Both the position numbers and the translations under genes were made by a program. Source: Trichosphaerium sp. ATCC 40318 (Eukaryota; Protista; Tubulinea). Taken from it: DNA of 64,000 nt. The stretch covers positions 1-64,000 of the forward strand of contig JALMLS010000436.1 in the NCBI GenBank assembly GCA_038496445.1. Reading direction: 5' to 3'. Below the pieces are notes generated by a model. It was not told the DNA's origin. It searched no databases and worked only from the letters and a program-made list of their open reading frames with translations. The stretch's first letter is position 1; every line of letters begins with the position of its first letter. Shown one piece after another: positions 38,230 through 48,800 of this stretch.

Positions 38230-38640
38230 TCAACAACACCCACAAACCCAACCAACTTGAACACCCTATACCCCCCTTACCAAATTCAATCAAACCTAAT
38301 GTTACTAAACCGCCAAACCTTGCTGCCAGAGAGTGATCAGTGTGTAATCATAGGGACACACTCAAGGGATATTGATCAGCAATCAAAGTATTACGGCACC
38401 TCGAGTGCCAAGTGATTGAAAACTATGGTGATGAATATTAACACCCACAAACACCCTAACCAAATTCAATCAAACTCAAACATGACTAAACCGCCAAACC
38501 TTGCTGCCAGAGCAAGGTTGTGTCTAGTGATCAGTGTGTAATCATAGGGACACTCAAGGGATAATAGTCATCAATCAAAGTATTACGGCACCTCGAGTGC
38601 CAAGTGATTGAAAACTATGGTGGTAGAATATTAACACCTG
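38230..38640. repeat. Two tandem units of about 180-195 bp containing hairpins
   Basis: ccaaattcaatcaaac...ggcacctcgagtgcc...gaatattaacacc repeated twice. Confidence 0.85.
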
Positions 38641-39197
38641 TATCCAACCCTTGAAAACTTCATTTTCTCTCCAAAACTTTTTCCTTTTCTTTTTTCCAAT
38701 TTTCGTTTTTCTTATTTTTCAAATTCACATCTTTGATGTAATGTAATTCGCACAAGTGCGCTGTAGTGTTTTATTATGTACAAATATACACGACATCAGT
38801 GTGCTATTGATAGCCACTAAGACGTTGTCTTTCCTCCCAAACAATCGCGTGTTAGTTGTCTAGCTGGCGCAACGGGTATTCTAACAATGTCAAAGTGACA
38901 TCTAACAAGACTATTGCAGTATTTCGCGTAGGTGCGCTTGTAAATGCTGCACTCACCAAGAAGCGCAAAGGATCCGAACAAGACCAAAAAGTACGAATTA
39001 CTTGATATTTGTTGGCTAACATACTGCGTACTAAAAATATAAAATAAAATAAATATTGGTGCAGAAAAATGGGTTGAAGAAAACCTCCGTTGGTGGTTTA
39101 CATCTCGACAATAAACACGCTAGCCATCCCTCGTAGCGGTCACTAGTACGTGAGAATATTGCGCCTTCCAGCAGTATGGTGCGCGGTAGTAAAGTAG

Positions 39198-40544
39198 AGT
39201 GGGTGTAAAAATGTAGCAAAAATCAATAGATTTGTATTTCCTTTTTTAGCGTGCTTTTTCAAACAAGCTAAACTAGCAATGATAACCTCAATCACCCTAT
39301 CTAGATAGCGTGCTTTCCATGCGTAATTGTATCATTTAGTCACCTTCAAAACGTTCATGAGAAAACCGTTGGAAACTCAAAACAAAAACCCTCAATTACG
39401 CTTTTCGGTTTGAATGCAATTTGTTTCAGGGCTTTGGACGCGCTTCCACACTTCATGAGTTATTATTGGCACTTGAATTTTGTAATGAGGCTTGTTTATT
39501 GCGTTTCACGTGTAAGTAGATCGTTTTGCTCACTGTTGAACAAGAAAACTGCGTTTTGCAACTCAACACGCTGAAAACGCTCAAAAGGGGTTTTTACTTT
39601 GAATTCATTACGTTTTGAGCCTTTTTTTTGCGATTATTGAGTTATTCTTGTTTAGATGACACATGCTTGTTCAACGCCATAACCCTTTCACCAAGACTTT
39701 AGCGCACTACTACTTATAATAGGTACTGCTACTGTGGGTTTATGGAGCTATCAGGAAGGTGTTGTTTTGGCCAATTTTCGATGAAAAAAAAATCAAAAAA
39801 ACCAAAAAAGCAATTTTTGGTGCAAAAAAATGGTTATTGGTACTCGGTAATAGTTTGCTGTTTTTTCTTTAGCTTGGTACCTTTGGTGAGTTTCACACCA
39901 ATTTGGTAGTGCCACTAAAAGTACAACAAAAATACTTATTTTTAGCTTATCGGCATACCATTTTGGTATTGTTGCTCTGCCTACCCCGTTTAACCCACCT
40001 CCTTCATATTGACACCAAAAATATACTCAATGACCGGCTAGTGCAAATCTAATTTCGGCACCAATACCGAAAGCTTACCGAAATAAAACTGAAAACTTGT
40101 ATTTCAAATTTAGTGGATATTTTTACCATTTTGGCATGTAGTTCAAACCAAAATCCAATAATTAAAGCTATTTTTGAAACTCTATTATTGGGTAAACCAT
40201 GGCTGAAACACACTGAAATACGGTCTTGATTGAATATGGGTAATCTGTTTTTAGCGGTATCCGAAAACAACAATCAACTTTTTTTGATAGCTGGAACCGT
40301 TCATGAGCTATACCCACCTCTAATTTTATGAGAATTGGATAAATCGGGTAGTGCAAAATCTACCGAAATTTCAAATGTTTTGGCACACTATACCCACCAA
40401 TGGCTGATAATGTGCGATTAGTATATAAACACTGCTGCCCTGTGAAATATGCGATTAGTATAAACACTGCCCGTAAAATAATTTTAAAGTTATTTTTGTA
40501 AAGTTGTTAAATTCTATTATTGGCATAAAATTAACTATTTCACA
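39198..40544. repeat. Shared upstream repeat, copy C (inverted, most complete)
   Basis: Reverse complement of the copy A and copy B upstream regions. Confidence 0.85.
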
Positions 40545-41663
40545 ATGATTAAAGCAACTCTATATTGTCTAATACTATCAACGTTATGTACTCTAACGCT
40601 ATCACTAAGTACGACAACTAAAGTGTAGGTAAGGTCAGCTTTTTGAACACTCGGCAGTTATGCTGTGGGTTCGATATAGTTGCTGTTACCTTGACACAAA
40701 GAAGGCTAGTGCAATAAAGAAAACTAATTCTTTTTAGATGTTGGCGAAGGTGGTAAATGCACTGCAATAATAGATGGTTCTTCTATTAATGTGCTTAGCC
40801 CCTCTCTGGAACCAAACAACCCAAACTTCATAGTATCTGATAGTGCAACGGAGTATATAGCCCCAGTTAGTAGTTATGTGTATGAACTAAACATAGATTC
40901 AACATCAACAACCTTCTCGTTGTTTCAAACACGATCTAGGAATCTAAACAGCGACATACTATTTACTTGTGTGATGAATAATGCTATTGTTACAGGTACG
41001 TTTTTGTGCATCTAAGTTAGTTTATCGCCTCCTCTTTAATTTGATTTGTTAGGGTTATATCTAAAGTCATCTAATTTACCTGTCGCACCAGCAGATATTA
41101 CCTTCAATACTACAACATTCTCGTATGTTTAGCGCTTTCTTCTTTTTAATTCTAATATTCTTAGTTTTACACTTAAACCTCAATTCATCCCACCGAGTAA
41201 CTTCAGTGCTGAATTTCTGTATGTGCCTATACCTCTTGCCACGATAGCACCTACAACACTTCCTCCTACCACACTACCTCCTACAACACTTCCGCCTACT
41301 ACACTTCCTCCTACCACACTACCTCCTACAACGCTACCGCCTACAACGCTACCTCCTACTACCTTGAATCCTACTACTGCTCTTCCAACTACAGTAGCTC
41401 CGACAACGCTGTCTCCTGTGACCAAGTCTCCAACTACTTTATCTCCATCAACCCTCTCTCCAAGTACTTCAGCTCCTATTGTTCCAATAACTTTGACCAC
41501 ACAACAACCTTCTACACTAGCTCCAACTCAATCAACAACAACACTAACAGCTTCTTCGACTCCTACAACAGCACCAACCAATGTAGCATCAAGCTCTGTA
41601 AAATTGGCTTCCTCTGTTTGTTTGGTTTTCTTTTTATGTATTATGTATTGTCGCATTTTGTAA
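40545..41663 (+). CDS. PPTTL-repeat surface protein, copy C
   Basis: Intact spliced frame; a small duplication near the 3' end changes the last residues to MYCRIL*. Confidence 0.8.
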
Positions 41664-42004
41664 CTCCTTCAATACTTGTAATTGCAATAGATTTCCAATA
41701 AAGACAATAAAAACTCAAGCTTGTTGTTCTTTCTGTGCGATAAAAAGATAAAGACCGTAATGCAAAGTAAAACAACATGACCTGTAAAAAGTTTCGCTAC
41801 AACATAAGAGTGAGAGTTAAGTATGGGTTTTAATACAACAGACAGTGGTTATCTTACCATTGGTATAGCTGTAAGCTACCACACCATCTTATTAAAACTG
41901 TCGCTTATGGAGTTACACATTTCAAATGGGATTGTAATATGTTTATAAGAGTGGCACGTGGGCATGTATGCCAGTAGAGTAGAGTTTATTCCTTTGCGTA
42001 CATA

Positions 42005-42110
42005 CAATTGCTGTGTCTGGGACTACACTTACAGAAGAAGGGTTGAAAGTGTTGGTTGGTGTTGATGATGTTGAATGCGAAAATCTATCAGAAGAAATAG
42101 AAAAAAATTA
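42005..42110 (+). pseudogene. LRR-gene remnant
   Basis: TIAVSGTTLTEEGLKVLVGVDDV resembles one repeat of the 19.8-kb LRR protein. Confidence 0.45.
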
Positions 42111-42125
42111 TTCAATCATGATTTT

Positions 42126-43922
42126 TTATTCATTTGCTTCTCCAATACGCTTTTTTTCAATTTTTTTACGAACACGTGATGGTAGTTTCATAAAGCATCT
42201 GGCAAAAACAAGTTTAGAACTGTGAAACTGCAACAACCTGTGTTGTATGTACCTCTTATCAAGTATTTTGTCTTCCCATTCTACAACATTCCTTGTACTA
42301 CTGAAAGGTTTATCGCAAATTGAGCACGTGAAGCACTCAGTATGGTACATGTTTCCTTTGAAACTAGAAATGCAACAGTTTAATTGTCAAAATAATAAAC
42401 AGGATGCATACCGAACACCACAACCAGAAACAACACCTTTTCCACAACGATGACAAGGGTTACCAGCAGTGAAGTGGTCTTCACAGTAAGCAAAACCATC
42501 CTTCTCAAAAAATGAAGACACTGAAAATGGTTTGTTGCAAGTCTCACAAGTGAAGCACTCTGGGTGATATACGTTTCCCAAAGCGGTTATAGAACGTCCT
42601 TGAATAGGATAAGCAATGAGACAAAAATGTTTCAAAACAAAGAAGAACGTCCTCCGGAAAGGATTTAGAAATGAGGCAAAAAACGCTTCAATAAACAAGC
42701 AAATACAAAGTCAGCAAAGGTCACAATGTTAAACATTGTTGTGGATACGTACCTTCTACAAGTTTCTGGCATGTTTTGCACGTTTTTAGGAATTGCCGGT
42801 AATGTTCTGAACAATATAGTTGCCCCTAAAGTACATTAGACTAAAAATGATATCAAAAAAATATGATGAACCTCTTATTGCTTTCGTTACTAAGTGTTTC
42901 TACATACCTCAAATTCATGAGCGTTACCACCTGTAAGCTTACCACCGCACTCTTCACAGTGGAAATGTTCTGGATGTACAAATTGTCCTTGAACAACAAT
43001 GTATTCTCCAACAATAGGTCTTTTACAGAAGTGACATATTTTGACTTCAGGAGCTAAAGTGAAATAACAACAAAGTAAGTTCCAAGCAGGAAGTACATAC
43101 GCATTGGACTCCGTGTGTAGCAGTATTCACAATAAACTTCAGCTTCGCCTTCTAAAGGTCTATATTTACATCCATTTAATGGAACACCACAACCGTAACA
43201 AACAAAGTGATGTGGACAAAACACTAAGTCTTCTACTTTTATGTAAGTACCAAGTACCAAACTTAAAAACAAACTACTTACCTCTTATTCTTATACATTT
43301 CCCTACAATAGGCTCACAACATACATTACAACGTGGTGCGAATAACTCATTGTAGTCTTGCTCACAGTATGGATCATCCTCATGAACAATGAACTTACCT
43401 AACCACAGTCTTGTTAGACTGATAAATTGGCTATAAAAACGGACATCAAACACAACAAAAAAGTTGTCTGTATCCTTCTTACGTACCTCCAGGAAATGGT
43501 TGTGAGCAATAAGTGCATATGAAGCAATCTGGATGATATTGTTTGGATAGAGCGTTGATGAATTCACCAATAATCATGTCACCGCAAGTTGCGCAAGATG
43601 GTCCCTGTAAAGCCTTTGAGAAAATGTTACATTGAACAGACGATAGCTACCCAGTGATAAGCAGACCGACTACCAGGTCCACGCATTAGCGATCTCTGTC
43701 GCTTCCATTCTAGGCCTATACCACGAGCATACACAGGCGTAAAGAGATTACCTCCACCAGGGCCAGGAGCAGGCAGTGTTAAAGGGTCTAATCCTAGTTC
43801 TGCTAATATGGCATCTACTTCTGCTCTACAGTGGTTTATTAGCTCAAAATTAATACAAACGACTATTTGTGAGCCAACAAGGCCAATTAATCGTTGGTAA
43901 CGTACATATCTACTTCAGCCAT
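42126..43922 (-). CDS. Five-LIM-domain protein with an N-terminal LD-like motif (paxillin/PINCH-like)
   Basis: AEVDAILAELG; repeated Cx2C..HPxCFxCx2C..YC LIM motifs across spliced exons. Confidence 0.88.
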
Positions 43923-44068
43923 GTAGTATGGTTTACAGTGGCGTATTTCTTACTGTGGCTTAAAACAATCAATACATTCACCGTTAAGGTTCAGTGAAAC
44001 ATGTTTGGCTGTTTACGTGTTTTACTCCGTTACAGACGTTTGGGTAACTTCAGTTGACTTTGTGTAAA

Positions 44069-45269
44069 TCAAAAAAAACAACAACCTACAAAGCTTAAAC
44101 AACATGGCGAGCAGCAATCACCCACATCCCACCCAAAAGTTTCCTTTTCAATTTGTTTTTTCAAAACTGTAAAAACCTTTCTTTTATTTTCCAAGTGTTC
44201 TTGTATAATATAACAAATGCTTGGCGCTACGCTAGAGCCACAAGACATTTTATCTTCCTCCCAACATTGTCTATAGTGCTCCTTGGTTAGTTGATAGAAG
44301 AAAGTCAACTGAGAGTGTTAGAACTCTAGAGGAGTTATTTTTGTTGTGTAGCACTTTATTTTCTATTGTTTCCATACATCAAGCTTGTTTGCGAGATAAC
44401 GTAATGATTCTTCTACTCCATTCAGAGCACTTGCACCTATGATATGCCAAGACTGTTTTAAGGTTTCTAATCCATATCTCTCAGATATTTCTTCAACACT
44501 CAATGCTGCTGTTAAATCCTAATAAATCTGTTTATAGTTGCAACTGTTTATTACCCTTAACATGAAGAAGACTTACTTGCTTATTGGCAATGACAAGAAT
44601 AACCACATCTCTATTTAAAGACTCACATCTTACTAACTTTTGAAAACCTATCGCATCTGAAGAGCGAGAAATCTTAGTATGTCACGTGCTTTTTAAACTC
44701 TCTTACACTCTTACCTTCTTCCATGATATCTAATGCTGCACTGTCAATAACGTAAATAATAGCTTTTACTACTGGATAGAAGTGATTGCGATACAAAGGT
44801 TCAAGTTTGCTATTTTCCTGAAAGTCCCATCTATTTTTAGGTCAAAAAAAAACGTTAAATCACGTTCCTTATGACTTATATTGTCCGTTTCAGTCAAGTT
44901 AGTCAACCCGTTATTTCGCCAATTATTTTTTTCGTCATAAGTGCTCCAATGCGTAGTACTACAATACAAATAAACTGCTTGAAGGGCGAAAAATAACTGG
45001 CAAAATAACGGGTTGACTAACTTGACTGAAACGGACAATAGATTGTCTGTAGCGTACTCATATATTCGAAATGGCTTACGAGCATACTCTCGCTTTATAA
45101 CATAATTACCTATATAAAACGGTGAAGCTACAGCGTTAATCTTGTCCCCAACACGCATTTTATACACTATTGTTGTTTTACCAGCATTCTGTCTCCCTGT
45201 TAGTATTATCAGCCAATCCTTCGTTACATAGTCATTGTAACACTTCTTTATATAAGGGATCATATACAC
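44069..45269 (-). CDS. Divergent Arf-like GTPase with a Cys-rich C-terminus (5' end uncertain)
   Basis: GRQNAGKTTIVYKM; spliced WDFQEN (DVGGQ equivalent); AIIYVIDS; ANKQD; WHIIGASALNG; tail GDCCSPCCLSFVGCCFF. Confidence 0.75.
44879..45040. mobile_element. MITE with about 55-bp terminal inverted repeats and flanking TA (Tc1/mariner-type), inside an intron
   Basis: ta-ttgtccgtttcagtcaagttagtcaacccgttattt... at left and its reverse complement at right, ending aaacggacaa-ta; lies within the Arf-like gene intron at about 44832-45057. Confidence 0.8.
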
Positions 45270-45895
45270 GGGTAGTTTAAGAGGCTGTGTTGTGTGTTTG
45301 TTAAGGTTTCTTTCAAAAAAACAAGCGACGTCATCTTTTCAGCAAACCTTAAGAATTCACTGCATGTTGCAGTACTGAGCTCTGGTCATTTTAGATCATA
45401 TACCCACAACACGATGATGCTAGACACTATGTGATGTATATACATACATAAACTTACGTTATCTTGTTACACTTAGTAAGACCACTAAAAAAACGCCAAA
45501 AAAAAAGAGATTAGCTGTTTATTGTCCTTATATTTGTAGTTCAGAGAGCCTCTTGAGTAATATAAATCAGTGCTACGGCATCGGGAATAACATAAAATAA
45601 TGTTTTAACGAAGATTATCACAACCCAGTAAGTATGTTGATGTCATCAACAATCTCAAAACCCTCAACTGTTGTATAGTGATTTCAGAAAAAATGCAAGA
45701 AAAAGTGCTTGTCATTCTTATCTACAAAATAGTTTAGATGGTTGGCGGTAAACTGTTCCATCTAATCAATAGTCTTTTGTTCCCAGGCGCATAAAAAGGT
45801 CTAACAAAAGCAGTGGGTTGCAAATAACAGCAATCTTAAATCACGACTGACGTTGACAAAACAAATTCTTTCTAGTTTGTTTTACAAGTATTAAT

Positions 45896-48800
45896 TTATT
45901 CTTCAACAGTTTCCCTTCTAAAGCAGTCACTACATACAGGTACAGGTTTTTTATATCCAATTCTTGGTAGAGGTAAATCATTAGAGCTCATACAATTACT
46001 ACAATAAACACTACCACATCGTCTGCAATTAAACTAAACATCTCTTTTAGTACAAACCAAAAAAAAAAACGCATAAAAACTGGAAACTTTTAATTTTGTG
46101 GCATTGCAAGCTTCAATCAAAAGCCCTATTCAAAATAACAATCTACATATATTGTGCTTTATATTTCAATGTTTATGTGTTTCAAAAGTTGGGAAGTAAG
46201 AAAGTTAAACGAAAACAAATACAAAGTAAAAGCTAAAAAAAAAAAGCAAAAAAAAAAAGAGGAAAAACAAACGGCGTTACCTTAGAACTACGGAAATGAA
46301 ACTTCTTTTGACATGAGTTACATTTTTTAGATGTAGCTTTATTAGACCAAACAGGTGGCGTAGAAGTAGCCTCAGTCTTCTTTGTCTTAATTTTTATGAC
46401 ATTAAAAGTTATAACATATCTTGGTATCGCTGCAAACAAGTAAGAAACCACTAGATTATAAGGGGAGCCAACTGAAGTCTTGGTATTTTTTCACGTGTTT
46501 GGTACCTTGATGCGGATGATAGATTATGTATTCGTCAAATAGTACACCACCAGATGTTTTAGTACCTCTAGGAGCAAAGACAGAGTCATGTCTAGAAAAA
46601 TGACAATTAGTACTGGCAAAACCTTGCAACAAAAGAGCAACTACTACGTACTCCTTTAATAGTTCTTTTTCATTTATTACTTTCTGCTTAGAAACTACAA
46701 CAAGAGCTTTTCCAACAGCAACTAAAGACAAGCTAATAAGAACAAAAGAAAAGAAATAAAAAACGCCTTAAGGCGTATTGCTCAATAAATAAAAATGGTT
46801 TGACAGTTTTCTCTTCCAAAAAAACAAACATACCTTCACACAACAACATCTTGTTGATCCCTTTCGCATACTACATGATTTCTTGTTAGAATATGATATA
46901 CTTTACAATGGTAATGACATACCTGAAGGCTCTTGGAGGAGTCAGTAGCAAAATAAATACCTCGACCAAATTTTCCAGGTGAAGCAGGTAACTTAAACCC
47001 ATCACGTATAATAGAGTTAAGTGCCTTTTCTGAAGTCCCATGAAACTTGAACAAAGTCGGTGTTTCCTTCTCTATAAGTGCCGATCTTCTTACATTGAAT
47101 TTCTCTTCAAGTGACTGAATTAAAAATATATGAGCACGTGCAACACAATTGGAAAAAATAAGATAAAATTAATAATAAAAAAATCTCGAGCAAAAAAAAT
47201 CACGTGCCTCGTTTGTTATTTGCTCAACGTCAACAACTTCAAGTTTCTTTCCTGATAAACCTTGGAAGAACCGTGTTACCTTATCTACAACTTCATAATA
47301 CTCAACATTACGAAGAGGCTCTAATTTTTCTGAATAAATGATTAGTATTAGTCAACATCACAATTGTTTCAGTCATACGCAGTTTAACAGTTGTCTGTGA
47401 TTGATTTTTGAAGTAATTTGTTAGAACTGGGTGCACAGCATACTCTCTAGGCTGTAAACCTTTGGCATCTTTTGCAGTAACATCGGCATTGTTACTGATC
47501 TACAATGAACTCAACACCAGTAATCTTTAATTTCATATGTTTAAAAATTATGCAACGTACTAGAGCATCAATAGCATTTATACTAGGCCATTCACCAGCT
47601 GTATAATTCTTTACATAGTAATGAAGTGGTGTCATGCCATTTGGTAGTGCATGATTGACATCTGCACCAGCGAACAGCAAATACTTTAGACAAGGCAAAT
47701 CAGGCGCTAAAAAAAATACTTAACTCTCTACGTTAAGTCAACCCGTTTACCTCTAAAGAGTGCTGTTTGTCCTTTTTTATCTACTACTGTTACTCTAGCA
47801 TCATATTCAACAAGCACACGAGATTTCTCAGCAGAAGCACCAAAAAGAGGTGTACGGCCATACTACTTCTTGTAAGCTATTAAAAGACTCAGTATTGTAT
47901 TACCTTATCCCTTGTGTTGGGACTGAGACCATTTGTGACAAGAAAACGGACAATCTGAGCATCCTGTGCAACGAAGAGTGCATGCTGTTTTTTATCATTC
48001 AAGGCATTTACATTCACTCCAATCTCTTCAACGAGGTACTTCACAATATCAACATTCTTTGGACGCATACAAGCGCGGAAAAACTAAAAGTGAAGAAAAA
48101 CATGAGAAAAAGTCCTGGCTACTCGTGATTTTGAAAAATGCTTCGTACCAGGTTTTCAGGATCCACACCACAGCTGAGTAAGAAATTAACAGTATGGGTT
48201 CTATTAGAACCAACATCAAGAGGTGAGATGCCTTCTTTGTCTATACTGTAAATATCAACGTTTTTCTCAACTAAACGCTCCCTAGAACCACTCAGCAACG
48301 TATAACAGAACTACAACATACATTACTCCACGATGGCCTAATACAGTAGCATGATGGAATGGTGTCCTTCCTTTCTTATCTGGAAAGTTGCGAAGCGCAT
48401 TTGAAGCAAGCTAAAGGCAAGATGAGTAAAACAAAGCAATTACCATTGTTTTACCAAGCATTCGACTATATCATGATGACCTCTGTTTATACTTATGTGA
48501 AGCGGTGTGAGACCATCTATACCATGCTGAGCATCTATATTTGCTCCTTTTGATGCGTCAGAAGATGAATAAAAGGTGATAAACCTATTGTTGTTCAAAT
48601 GTACCTTCATTGATCCAATACTTTACAAGAGGAAGATTTCCATCTCTTGAAGCTTCGAATAAGGAAAGTTCGCCATCAACAGAAGGCAATACGGATGTAG
48701 TAAGATTAGTAGTACGTCTACGATTCTAGAAAAAAGTGAGTTTTCAAATTCGTAGACTCATTGCTTCGTACAAGCTTTAAATGCTCTCGGACTTGCATCA

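Noticed and set aside
38400-38430. TTGAAAACT resembling U4 snRNA
   Set aside because: No U6-complementary 5' sequence or recognisable U4 layout upstream
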